Assembly (NCBI GenBank): GCA_965660855.1
Contig: CBFIBM010000001.1
Coordinates: forward strand, 192,001 to 256,000
DNA: 64,000 bases
Source of the DNA: an uncultured bacterium
GTDB lineage: Bacteria; Fidelibacterota; Marinisomatia; Marinisomatales; UBA1611
Direction: 5' to 3'
Under the pieces are notes generated by a model. The model was not told where the DNA came from. It made no database searches and saw only the letters and a program-made list of their open reading frames with translations. Shown one piece after another: positions 21,066 through 32,529 of the stretch; position 1 is the first letter of the stretch, and the number at the start of each line of letters is the position of its first letter. The translations under genes and the position numbers were made by a program.

Positions 21066-21918
21066 AATATTGATTTTAGATGGTGCTGTTGGTACTCAAT
21101 TAGACTTATATAACATAAGTTTAAAATTACCTATTTGGTCTGCAAATGCAAATATAGATTATCCCAAAGTTGTTACTAAAATTCATAATGAGTATGTTTT
21201 AGCAGGAGCAGATATAATAACAACAAATACCTTTAGGTCAACTCCTTACACCTATAAAAAAGCAGGCCTATCTAGTGTTAAGGCCTTTGATTATGCTAAG
21301 CATAGTTTTTTTAAAGCTGTTGACTGTGCGTATGATGCTATTGGAGAAAATACAAAAATTGCAGGTTCGATTACATCGGTTGAAGATTGCTACAGGCCAG
21401 AAAAATTTCCAGGTAAGATGGCAACTCAAGATACATATGGACAATTATTAGAATGGTTTAATCAATGTGAGGTTGATATAATTATATTTGAAACCATGGG
21501 TAATATACATGAAATAAATATCGCATTAGATTTAGTAACAGATTTAGATAAGCCTGTTTGGATGAGTTTAATTATGAAAAATAAGGATACTTTACTAGAT
21601 GGTACTTCAATTCTAGAAACACTAAAATTAATAGATAATTATAATATTAAATTATTATTGATTAATTGTAATAATATAGATTTAACAATTAAAATTTCTA
21701 ATAATATTCAAAATATCCGTAAACTAGACTTTGGTTTATATCCTAATTTAGGAATTGAGGAATATAATAATAGCTTTAATAAAATTATTGATGAGTCAAA
21801 TCTGAAAAGATACATGGAGTCTCTTTTAAATTTAAAGCCATCTGTCATTGGATTATGTTGTGGATCAAATCCATCACATATAAAACTATTAAAATCTTTA
21901 ATAAGGGAGTGTAAATGA
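21058..21918 (+). CDS. Homocysteine S-methyltransferase family protein
   Basis: ILDGAVGTQL, AGADIITTNTF, FETM, INC, YPN and GLCCG (zinc-binding cysteines). Confidence 0.9.
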   Translation: MHKILILDGAVGTQLDLYNISLKLPIWSANANIDYPKVVTKIHNEYVLAGADIITTNTFRSTPYTYKKAGLSSVKAFDYAKHSFFKAVDCAYDAIGENTKIAGSITSVEDCYRPEKFPGKMATQDTYGQLLEWFNQCEVDIIIFETMGNIHEINIALDLVTDLDKPVWMSLIMKNKDTLLDGTSILETLKLIDNYNIKLLLINCNNIDLTIKISNNIQNIRKLDFGLYPNLGIEEYNNSFNKIIDESNLKRYMESLLNLKPSVIGLCCGSNPSHIKLLKSLIRECK

Positions 21919-22352
21919 AACTTTTAATTAAACCATTTAATGAAAAAATTAAACTTTTTTATTCCAATCATGGCCACTTCCATGAAGGTGATGCTGGACT
22001 TGACCTGTATGCAATCAAAGAACAAGTAATTAAGAAAAAAAGTACAAATAAGATTCATTTTGGCATAGCATGTGAAAATTTTGATTCTAGACCCTATCTT
22101 TTAATGCCCAGATCTAGTATTTCAAAAACACCCCTCAGAATGTCAAATTCAATAGGACTCATCGATGGAGGCTACAGGGGTGAAATAATGGCCTCAGTTG
22201 ATAATATAAGTGATGAAGATTATACAATCAAAAAAAAGCAAAGGTTGTTTCAAATTGTCTCAATGCAAGGAGAGCAAATCCAAATTTTGTTAGTAGACAA
22301 TTTGACTGATACTGGAAGAGGTTTTGGTGGATTTGGTTCAACAGGAAAATGA
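21915..22352 (+). CDS. dut: Trimeric dUTP diphosphatase
   Basis: DAGLDL, PRSSIS, GLIDGGYRGEI and RGFGGFGSTG. Confidence 0.96.
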   Translation: MKLLIKPFNEKIKLFYSNHGHFHEGDAGLDLYAIKEQVIKKKSTNKIHFGIACENFDSRPYLLMPRSSISKTPLRMSNSIGLIDGGYRGEIMASVDNISDEDYTIKKKQRLFQIVSMQGEQIQILLVDNLTDTGRGFGGFGSTGK

Positions 22353-22413
22353 GGTTTATTGCCAATTTGTCGTATTTATTTGTTTTATGATACAAAATGA
22401 AATAAAAAGTGTA

Positions 22414-22430
22414 TTGGTATAAACTTTGCA
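22414..22430 (+). promoter_or_regulatory. Candidate sigma-54 (-24/-12) promoter of groESL
   Basis: TTGGTATAAACTTTGCA has GG-N10-GC spacing and TTGCA, about 90 nt upstream of the groES ATG. Confidence 0.6.
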
Positions 22431-22521
22431 TTACGTATTAACGTGAGCATACTATGTAAAATGAGTATCTTGCATTATAATACTATTTAATAAACATACA
22501 ACGCATATAAGGAGTTAAAAT

Positions 22522-24463
<1,942 letters not shown>

Positions 24464-24488
24464 ACTCAAAACACCAGTTAGATGTTTT

Positions 24489-24520
24489 AAAAGCCTCTGC
24501 CAAGCAGAGGCTTTTTTTTT
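24489..24520 (+). terminator. Intrinsic terminator after groEL
   Basis: AAAAGCCTCTGC-CAA-GCAGAGGCTTTT followed by a T tract. Confidence 0.92.
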
Positions 24521-24567
24521 ACTTAAATGTATCTAGCTGACAAGTTTCTGTTTATGTAATTTTATGT

Positions 24568-27288
24568 ATGGAAAATGTTAATTCTAAAAGAGAACGAATA
24601 TTCATTATTGATGGATATGCCATATTATACAGAGCACATTATGCTTTAATCAGGAATCCTTTAATAACTTCTTATGGTTTACATACTAGTGCACTTTATG
24701 GTTTTATTAATCAAATTTTTAAACTGATTAAATCAGAATCTCCTGAATTCATGGTTTGTGCATTTGATTCAAAAGAGAAAACTTTTCGTCATGAAATATA
24801 TATAGATTATAAAGCTAATAGACCTCCAATGCCTGAAGAATTACAAAATCAATTACCTCATCTATGGAAAATTTTAGAGTTAATGAATATTCCTGTAATA
24901 AAAAAATCAGGGTTTGAGGCTGATGATATAATTGGTACAATTGCTCAAAATGCTGAAAAAAACGGTTTAGACTCTTTTATTGTAAGTGGAGATAAAGACT
25001 TCATGCAATTAATTAATAATCACATTTTTATGTATTCACCAGGAACAAGAAAAACTCCTTATCCTGTGATATTTACATCTGATAAAGTTGAAGAGAAATG
25101 GGGAATCCCACCAAGTAAAATTATTGATTTACTTGCCCTTATGGGTGATTCTGCTGATAATATACCTGGCGTTTCTGGTGTGGGTGAGAAAACTGCTGTC
25201 AAACTTATCAAACAGTTTGGTTCGTTAGAATCTGCATTAGAAAATGCTGAGAAAATACCAAATAAAAGAGTTAATAAAGGTTTAAAAGAAGATGTTGAAA
25301 AAGCAAAACTCAGTAAAAAACTGGCTACAATACACACCAATGTAGAACTAGATTTAGATATGGAAGATTTTAAAGTCAAAAGATTACAGTCTAAACAAAC
25401 GATAGAAAAATTCAAAGAATTAGAATTTCATGCATTTGTTAAACAATTACAAACAATTGAACAAAAAAATATAAAAAACCAAAAATCTAAATTTTCTTAT
25501 AAAATTATAAAAGATGATAAAACATTTGAGATTTTAATTCAAAAAATAATTAATTCGAATATTATTTCTTTTGATTTTTTAACCGATAATTTATCTCCAA
25601 TGGACACCAATATCATTGGAATCAGCTTCTGTATAAATGTTAATGAAAATTATTATATACCAATTACATATGAAGAAAAAATAAAAAATAATTTTTCGGA
25701 TAATGATCTAATTTTTATTTTGAACAAATTAAAAATTATTTTTGAAAATGAAAATATTTTAAAAGTAGCTCATAATTCAAAATATTATTCAGTTGTATTA
25801 AAAAAATATGAAATTCAGTTAAAAGGTTTAGTTTTTGATACTATGGTAGCCTCCCATTTATTGAACCCATCTACAAAATCAAACACACTAGACTCAGTTA
25901 GTTTAGAATATTTGAATTTTGAACTAATTTCAATTGATGAATTAATTGGTATTGGTAGGAAAAAGATTAGAATAGAAATGGTTAAATTAGAAAAACTTGC
26001 TATGTATTCTTGCCAAGATGTAAATCTTACTTTTCAATTGCATTCTATATTAGAAAAAAAACTAATTGAAAATGGCTTAAATGATTATTTAAAAAATATA
26101 GAAATTCCGTTAATTGAAGTTTTAGCAGATATGGAGTTTTATGGTGTCTTTGTCGAAAAAAATATATTAAAAAATATTTCAGATAGAATCAATATTATTT
26201 TGGAGGACCTTAAAGAGAAGATTCATGCTTTTTCAAATGAAAATTTTAACATTAACTCTACACAGCAATTAGCTAAAATATTATTTGACGACTTAGGGTT
26301 ACCTCAAATTAAAAAACGTAGTACTGCAGAGGAAGTTCTGAAACAATTAAGTTCCCAACACGAATTGCCAGATTATATATTGGGATACAGAAAATATAAC
26401 AAATTGAAAAATACTTACCTTGACTCATTACCCTTATTAATAAACTCAAAAACAAATCGTATTCATTCTACATTTAATCAAACTATTGCTGCAACTGGAC
26501 GCTTGTCCAGTACTAATCCAAATTTTCAAAATATACCTATCAGAACCGAAGAAGGACGCGAGTTAAGGAAAGCTTTTGTTGGACAAAGGGAGGGATGGAA
26601 AATATTATCAGCTGATTATTCACAGATTGAGTTAAGAGTAATGGCACATTTTAGTAAAGACAATGAGTTAATTAAATCATTTAATAGCGGTGAAGATATT
26701 CATACTAGGACAGCAAGTAAAGTTTTCAATGTCAAATTAGTGGATGTAATTCCAGAAATGCGAAGGACAGCAAAGATTGTTAATTTTGGAATTATGTATG
26801 GTGCAGGTCCTTTTAGAATGAGTCAAGAATTAGGAATACCAAGAAAGGAGTCAGTTTCAATAATTGAATCTTATTTCGATGAGTATCCTGGAATAAAAAG
26901 CTATATTAACTCCACTATAGAATATGCAAAAGAGCATAAATTTATAGAAACAATTAATGGTAGAAAAAGACCTGTATGGGATGCTGACTCTGATAATGGG
27001 TTAAGAAGGAAAGCAGCTGAAAGGATGGCAATAAATATGCCTATTCAAGGATCTGCAGCAGAGATGATAAAAATTGCTATGATAAATATTTATAAAGATA
27101 TTAAAATTAATAAAATGGAGTCAAAAATGTTTCTTCAAATCCATGATGAATTATTATTTGAATTCCCCGATGAAGAGAAATCAAAACTTATTGAAATTGT
27201 TGTTTCAAGGATGGAAAAGGCTATGAAACTACTTGTTCCATTAAAAGTTGATTATGGAATAGGAAATAATTGGTATGAAGCTCACTAG
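24568..27288 (+). CDS. polA: DNA polymerase I
   Basis: 5' nuclease motifs (IDGY, EADD, GDKD, GDSADNIPGV) and polymerase motifs (TGRLSSTNPN, DYSQIELR, QIHDEL). Confidence 0.98.
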   Translation: MENVNSKRERIFIIDGYAILYRAHYALIRNPLITSYGLHTSALYGFINQIFKLIKSESPEFMVCAFDSKEKTFRHEIYIDYKANRPPMPEELQNQLPHLWKILELMNIPVIKKSGFEADDIIGTIAQNAEKNGLDSFIVSGDKDFMQLINNHIFMYSPGTRKTPYPVIFTSDKVEEKWGIPPSKIIDLLALMGDSADNIPGVSGVGEKTAVKLIKQFGSLESALENAEKIPNKRVNKGLKEDVEKAKLSKKLATIHTNVELDLDMEDFKVKRLQSKQTIEKFKELEFHAFVKQLQTIEQKNIKNQKSKFSYKIIKDDKTFEILIQKIINSNIISFDFLTDNLSPMDTNIIGISFCINVNENYYIPITYEEKIKNNFSDNDLIFILNKLKIIFENENILKVAHNSKYYSVVLKKYEIQLKGLVFDTMVASHLLNPSTKSNTLDSVSLEYLNFELISIDELIGIGRKKIRIEMVKLEKLAMYSCQDVNLTFQLHSILEKKLIENGLNDYLKNIEIPLIEVLADMEFYGVFVEKNILKNISDRINIILEDLKEKIHAFSNENFNINSTQQLAKILFDDLGLPQIKKRSTAEEVLKQLSSQHELPDYILGYRKYNKLKNTYLDSLPLLINSKTNRIHSTFNQTIAATGRLSSTNPNFQNIPIRTEEGRELRKAFVGQREGWKILSADYSQIELRVMAHFSKDNELIKSFNSGEDIHTRTASKVFNVKLVDVIPEMRRTAKIVNFGIMYGAGPFRMSQELGIPRKESVSIIESYFDEYPGIKSYINSTIEYAKEHKFIETINGRKRPVWDADSDNGLRRKAAERMAINMPIQGSAAEMIKIAMINIYKDIKINKMESKMFLQIHDELLFEFPDEEKSKLIEIVVSRMEKAMKLLVPLKVDYGIGNNWYEAH

Positions 27289-27298
27289 AGAAAATTAA

Positions 27299-28225
27299 AT
27301 GGAAGCTAGTATAACTTTAAAAAAAGTTGGTAAGTTAATTAGAGATAAAACAATTCTTGCAGGACTTTCTTTTGGTGTTGAAAAAGGAAGTCTTGTTGCA
27401 ATTGTAGGTGAAAATGATTCGGGTAAATCAGTTCTATTAAAATTACTCTCAGGTTTTGAAAATCCAAATTATGGACAAGTATTCATTCATGGGTTGGATA
27501 TGGATAAGCGTAGACAAGAAACTCAAAAATTAATTGGTTATGTTCCTTATGAAACTAATTTGGATCCGTGGCTTACATTAAAACAAAATATTATTTTCAA
27601 TGCAGAATTATATAATATTAAATATTCTGATTATTCGAAGAAAATAGAGTATTTATCATCAAAATTAAATCTAAATCCAAATTTAAATGAATACGCATAT
27701 AGGGTCTCTGGTGGTGAACAAAAAAAAGCAATGCTTATTCGTGCGTTAATTCATGACCCAGATGTGTTAATTATGGATGAACCTACTGGATTTATGGATG
27801 CTGAATCAATTAGACTTACTTGGGATCTAATCAAAGATCTCAAGGGAGAAAAATCAATAATTTATGTGAGTAACTCATTAGCAGAAATTGAACAAGCACA
27901 CGATCGAATTCTTGTTTTTAATGAGGGAAGAATATTGATGGATGGACATTTAGATAAATTACTAGAAAGCACATTAGATTATCATCAGTTTCAAATTGAA
28001 TTCACTGAATTAACTGATGACTTATACAATAAACTAAAAAAAATACCTACAGTAGTTTCTCCAAATAGATTAGATAATACTTTCCATTTCTATGGTAGAA
28101 AAAGATCAGTTTTTTTTGATGTAATAAATGGAGCTTCAGGGCATATAATGATTAATTTGGATGTGAAAAATTTAGGTCTGCGAGATTTATTAGATTCAGA
28201 ATTTGCAGGTAAAGGTTTAGATTGA
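27299..28225 (+). CDS. ABC-2 type ATP-binding protein with degenerate motifs
   Basis: Walker A GENDSGKS, signature VSGGEQKK and Walker B IMDEPT. Confidence 0.88.
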   Translation: MEASITLKKVGKLIRDKTILAGLSFGVEKGSLVAIVGENDSGKSVLLKLLSGFENPNYGQVFIHGLDMDKRRQETQKLIGYVPYETNLDPWLTLKQNIIFNAELYNIKYSDYSKKIEYLSSKLNLNPNLNEYAYRVSGGEQKKAMLIRALIHDPDVLIMDEPTGFMDAESIRLTWDLIKDLKGEKSIIYVSNSLAEIEQAHDRILVFNEGRILMDGHLDKLLESTLDYHQFQIEFTELTDDLYNKLKKIPTVVSPNRLDNTFHFYGRKRSVFFDVINGASGHIMINLDVKNLGLRDLLDSEFAGKGLD

Positions 28226-28971
28226 TAAAAGCATTACTCATAAGGAGGCTATGGCTTTTTAGAAATAGGTTAATACCAAATCTCTTTATCTATTTTTTAT
28301 TATCCTTTACTATTTTTACGTTGATTGGTACACCATTAAAAAATGTAATAAGATTTAGCATAGCCGAAGTCCCTTATGATGTCTGGGTTTTTCCTGGTCT
28401 GATCTTCATTCTAAGCTCGATCTTAATTTCGCCCTCATTATATAGAGAATTTTTTGCTTTACGTATTCATGGTAACGTTCTCGCGAACATTACCTTAAGT
28501 CCTCATAATAAGATAAATATAATTTTTTCAAACCTAATTGTTTCTATTATAGAATCAGTTATCATTTCTGTTATTATAGGTTTTATATATTTATATGTTA
28601 CAAAGGTAGTATTTAATCTTTTAAATATATTTTTTTTATTGGTATGCTTAATAATTTTTCTTTTTTTGATTGGTAATCTATTTATTACTATTTTTCTTAT
28701 TTTAGATACTTTAAGTATAGTTTTATTATCATTGGGAATAATTTATTTGTATATAATCTTCGGAAATGGTTTTATCATTGAAACTTCTTTTTTCCCATAC
28801 GGAATAAGCGTATTTTTAGAAAAAATCCCATCAGCACTTGTATTTAAGCAATTTCAAATTTTCAATTCTATTGGAATTATAAATTTTCAAATATTTTTAA
28901 TTTTATTACCAATTATTTATTTTTGGATATTAGGAAATGCTTATCTTTTAAAAAGTAAAATGAGTCAATGA
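28222..28971 (+). CDS. ABC-2 type permease
   Basis: About 6 TM segments, VFPG motif, and coupling to the upstream ATPase by a TTGA overlap. Confidence 0.75.
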   Translation: MIKALLIRRLWLFRNRLIPNLFIYFLLSFTIFTLIGTPLKNVIRFSIAEVPYDVWVFPGLIFILSSILISPSLYREFFALRIHGNVLANITLSPHNKINIIFSNLIVSIIESVIISVIIGFIYLYVTKVVFNLLNIFFLLVCLIIFLFLIGNLFITIFLILDTLSIVLLSLGIIYLYIIFGNGFIIETSFFPYGISVFLEKIPSALVFKQFQIFNSIGIINFQIFLILLPIIYFWILGNAYLLKSKMSQ

Positions 28972-30086
28972 CAATTAAAAATATAATTGGTCCTAAAGCT
29001 TATATCCATGTTGATAGATTGAAAACTAATTTATCCTTAATTAAAGATGAAATTGGAGACAAGGCATTGATGCTTGTTGTTAAAGCTAATGGCTATGGAC
29101 ACGGAGCTTTAAATATTACTGATTCTCTTAAAGAAGAAAATAATATTATTTTTTGTGTATTCACCATAGAAGAGGCTTTAGAATTAAGAAATAATAATAT
29201 AAAAAATAATATTTTTATTTTCTCAAAAATGCAATCTTCTTGGCTTCAAATTGCTCATGAAAATAATTTTTGGATTAATCTAACCTGTTTTGAAGATTTA
29301 GATGATATTCTTGAATATTATAAAAAGTTTAATGGTGCTCCAAAAATACATATAAAGTTTGATACGGGAATGACTCGCTTAGGGTTTGACTTAAAGGATG
29401 CTGGGTCTCTTTTTAATATCTTAAACCAGAATAAATTTCTACCTATTGAAGGGATCTATTCTCACCTTTCAACAGCTGATGAAGGGGATTTAACATATGC
29501 TTTTCATCAACTAAATAAGTTTAATGAGATAGTAGAATTGGGTGTAAAAACTGGATTATATTTCAAATATATTCATTGTTCCAATAGTGGTGCTATTTTA
29601 AACCTACCCAATTCATATTTTAATACTGTAAGAGTTGGAATGTTACTTTATGGTGTTGCACCTTCAAATGAAGTTAAAATGAAGCAGAATTATCTGCCTG
29701 TTATGAGTTTTTGTGGACCAATTATTCATATCCGAAGAGTACCGTCAAATACTCCTGTTAGTTATGGTGGAAAATATATAACATCTGAAGAAACATATAT
29801 TGGGATTATACAAACTGGATTTGCTGATGGTTTTCCTAGACCATGGTATGAGGATGGATATGTAAGTTATAAAGGAAGTAATTACAAAATTGCTGGAAGA
29901 GTTTGTATGGATCAATTAATGGTTGATTTTGGAGATGTTAAACCGCGTGTAGGTGAAGAAGTCTTATTTTTTGGTGAAAAAGGTGATGACAAAATTCTCA
30001 TCGAAGATATTGCAGAGAAGATTTTCACAACTACCTACGTATTATTAGTGGGAATTCAAGGTAGAACGTTGAGAATTAATATTTAA
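28968..30086 (+). CDS. alr: Alanine racemase
   Basis: VVKANGYGHG (PLP lysine), HIKFDTGMTRLG, VSYG and GRVCMDQ. Confidence 0.96.
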   Translation: MTIKNIIGPKAYIHVDRLKTNLSLIKDEIGDKALMLVVKANGYGHGALNITDSLKEENNIIFCVFTIEEALELRNNNIKNNIFIFSKMQSSWLQIAHENNFWINLTCFEDLDDILEYYKKFNGAPKIHIKFDTGMTRLGFDLKDAGSLFNILNQNKFLPIEGIYSHLSTADEGDLTYAFHQLNKFNEIVELGVKTGLYFKYIHCSNSGAILNLPNSYFNTVRVGMLLYGVAPSNEVKMKQNYLPVMSFCGPIIHIRRVPSNTPVSYGGKYITSEETYIGIIQTGFADGFPRPWYEDGYVSYKGSNYKIAGRVCMDQLMVDFGDVKPRVGEEVLFFGEKGDDKILIEDIAEKIFTTTYVLLVGIQGRTLRINI

Positions 30087-30514
30087 TCTCTATGGTAATT
30101 GCTTCCATTATTAATTGATATTGCCCTAAATATTTGTTCCATAAGCACTAAGAAAGCGAGTTCATGGGGTAGGGTAAATTTCGATAAAGATAAATTATAA
30201 TCACACTTTTCAATAACTTCTTCATTTAATCCATCTGGAGCTCCAATAATAAATAAAAGTTCCTCATTTTTTTTTGTAATTAAATTTGAAAAATCAAAAG
30301 AACTTATTTGATTTCCACTTTCTGATAAGCAGATTGAAAAATTTCTTTTATTAATATGGAAGATTTGACTTTGAGATAGTTTTTTTGAATTATTATGTTT
30401 TAGATATATGATATCAAACTTTGAAAAATTAGATATCCAATTTTTATACTTATTTATTTTATTTAAATAAGCTTTTTCCTTAGTTCTGCCAGCTACTAAT
30501 ATTTTAATTTTCAC
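30083..30514 (-). CDS. rlmH: 23S rRNA m3Psi1915 methyltransferase
   Basis: FIIGAPDG, SLSKFTLPHE, EQIFRA and C-terminal YHR. Confidence 0.93.
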   Translation of the reverse strand: MKIKILVAGRTKEKAYLNKINKYKNWISNFSKFDIIYLKHNNSKKLSQSQIFHINKRNFSICLSESGNQISSFDFSNLITKKNEELLFIIGAPDGLNEEVIEKCDYNLSLSKFTLPHELAFLVLMEQIFRAISINNGSNYHRD

Positions 30515-30548
30515 ATTTTTGTAACTATAAAATATGAATCAAATAATA

Positions 30549-30878
30549 CTATTTTTTTTCAGGAGTAGCACGCACCCAAGAACGACGATTTTGAAAGGCT
30601 TCAATTTTTAGATTAGCCCAATCTTCAATGATCTCTTTAAGTTGGTCTGATTCTTCTGGATGTTGATTAAGGTTTTCTTCTATTACAGTAAATAATTGTT
30701 TTTTACGTTCTTGGACTTGCCCATATGTCGCGACCTCTTCATTAGAGATTTCATCTTTAACAGCTAGATTTTTTTTTCTGGCCTCTTCGGCGTCTGAGTT
30801 TTTCTCTTTCCAATGTTCAGATAATGCATATACCATTATAACTAAAATAATGATTAAGACTATTGTATTTAAATCCAT
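30549..30878 (-). CDS. Small membrane-anchored protein downstream of the DASS transporter
   Basis: Start refined to ATG 30878 (MDLNTIVLIIILVIM..), preceded by AAGGAG. One N-terminal TM followed by a charged helical region. Confidence 0.7.
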   Translation of the reverse strand: MDLNTIVLIIILVIMVYALSEHWKEKNSDAEEARKKNLAVKDEISNEEVATYGQVQERKKQLFTVIEENLNQHPEESDQLKEIIEDWANLKIEAFQNRRSWVRATPEKK

Positions 30879-30888
30879 AATTCTCTCC

Positions 30889-32418
30889 TTAAAAGCCCAT
30901 TCCTGAAGGTGCAATCCCCAGAACACCAACCCACCAGAAAATGATTATTGCTGAAAGAGCAACTAATGCTGCAGGCCAACCCAAAGTAGCCATTCTAATA
31001 AAATCTTTTGATTCTAATTGGCCACTGGCATATACAATTGAACTTGCAGGTGTACCAATGACAAGCCAATAAGCCATTGATGTTGCTATAGCTAACCCAA
31101 CACCAACCAGAACTGGATTAGTTCCAGAGCTAACAGCCATATCAAGCACTACAGGACCAATGACAGCAACAGTTGCTCCTGCACTCATTAAATTTGTTAA
31201 TACAGCACCTATTACACACATAAGTATAACCAAGCCTACACCTGAGTTTAAACCCAATGGTGAAACGATCATCATAATTTGATCAGCAAACCAACTAGAG
31301 GCTCCAGTAGCTTTAAATACTGAACCCAAACTGATGCAGCCAGCATACAACACAATAACTCCCCAACTTACTTTATCTTCATAATCTTTCCATGAGGTAA
31401 GACCAAATAACATGTATAAAACAGCTCCTGTAATAGCAATTCCACCAAGACCCAATGAGAATCCAAATAAATCTTTAACTAAAGATTTATCGGTTATCCA
31501 CAAAAAAACAACTAATGCCATAATACCTGCAACTAATTTTTGTTTATTTGTCATTGCTCCATGTTTCTGCAGATCTTTTTTTAGAAGATTTACAGCTTCG
31601 CTTAGATCATCAACTTCAGGTTTAAATAACATTGGTAATAAAAATGCCATGACCACAGACATAACAATTGTGTACATAACGCCCATTGAGATCCACTGCA
31701 TAAATGATACATCAACACCATAATCTGAGAGAAAACCAATCATTAAAGCATTTCTAGCACCACCGGTTGGACTCATTGGACCTCCAATCATACAACCAAC
31801 TGCAATTGTCACCATCAGTAAGGTTCCAAGTCTTGGGGAAGGAGTAGATTTATTAGTTAAAGTATAAAGTGCGAGTGCTATTGGAACATACATTGCAGCT
31901 ACTGCATGTTCCCCAACAAATGCAGTTGGAATGGCAGTACCAAGTAGAATTCCAATTATAATTGATCTTGTTTTTGTTCCTGCAAGGTTTACAACGAGCA
32001 TACCTACCCTCTTATCTAGTCCATATTTGACCAAGGTTGCACCAAGTGCAAGAGAACCGGCAATAAACCAAACTGCATCATGTGCATAAGTAAGAGCTAT
32101 AGTTTTTGGAGCTGTAATGCCAAAAAATAATTGGATCAACCCAATTAATAAAGCTACCGCAGGCATTGGGACTGCTTCAGTTGCGAAAAATACCACACAT
32201 GTTGCAAGAAGAGCGATTGTAAGCTGAATATGTTTTGCTTTCAATGCTACATCAATTGAACTATCCATTCCAAAAAGACTTGTTGCTTTTGCAAGCATTG
32301 AATCTGGAGTAGGAAGAATGATGCCTATTAGAATAAAAATTATCACACCAATTCCAAACCATTTGAAATCAGTCGTTTTGGCGAAACCGCCGCTGTTATT
32401 TTCGTTTGATTGACTCAT
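30889..32418 (-). CDS. DASS/SLC13 family sodium:anion (dicarboxylate/sulfate) symporter
   Basis: TEAVP, LDKR, SPTGGARN, SWGVIVLYAG and GTPASSIVY; many TM segments. Start refined to ATG 32418. Confidence 0.9.
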   Translation of the reverse strand: MSQSNENNSGGFAKTTDFKWFGIGVIIFILIGIILPTPDSMLAKATSLFGMDSSIDVALKAKHIQLTIALLATCVVFFATEAVPMPAVALLIGLIQLFFGITAPKTIALTYAHDAVWFIAGSLALGATLVKYGLDKRVGMLVVNLAGTKTRSIIIGILLGTAIPTAFVGEHAVAAMYVPIALALYTLTNKSTPSPRLGTLLMVTIAVGCMIGGPMSPTGGARNALMIGFLSDYGVDVSFMQWISMGVMYTIVMSVVMAFLLPMLFKPEVDDLSEAVNLLKKDLQKHGAMTNKQKLVAGIMALVVFLWITDKSLVKDLFGFSLGLGGIAITGAVLYMLFGLTSWKDYEDKVSWGVIVLYAGCISLGSVFKATGASSWFADQIMMIVSPLGLNSGVGLVILMCVIGAVLTNLMSAGATVAVIGPVVLDMAVSSGTNPVLVGVGLAIATSMAYWLVIGTPASSIVYASGQLESKDFIRMATLGWPAALVALSAIIIFWWVGVLGIAPSGMGF

Positions 32419-32529
32419 AAGTAATATAAAATTGGCACACATAAAATTTAAAATCAACCTTTTGAAAAAAAAATATATAATACCCTACATTTCATATTTT
32501 ATCTCTATTTATTAGATTCTATTGATAAT

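Noticed and set aside
22444..22473. Degenerate CIRCE upstream of groES
   Set aside because: Only a short ATACT/AGTAT inverted match, with too many differences from the CIRCE consensus.
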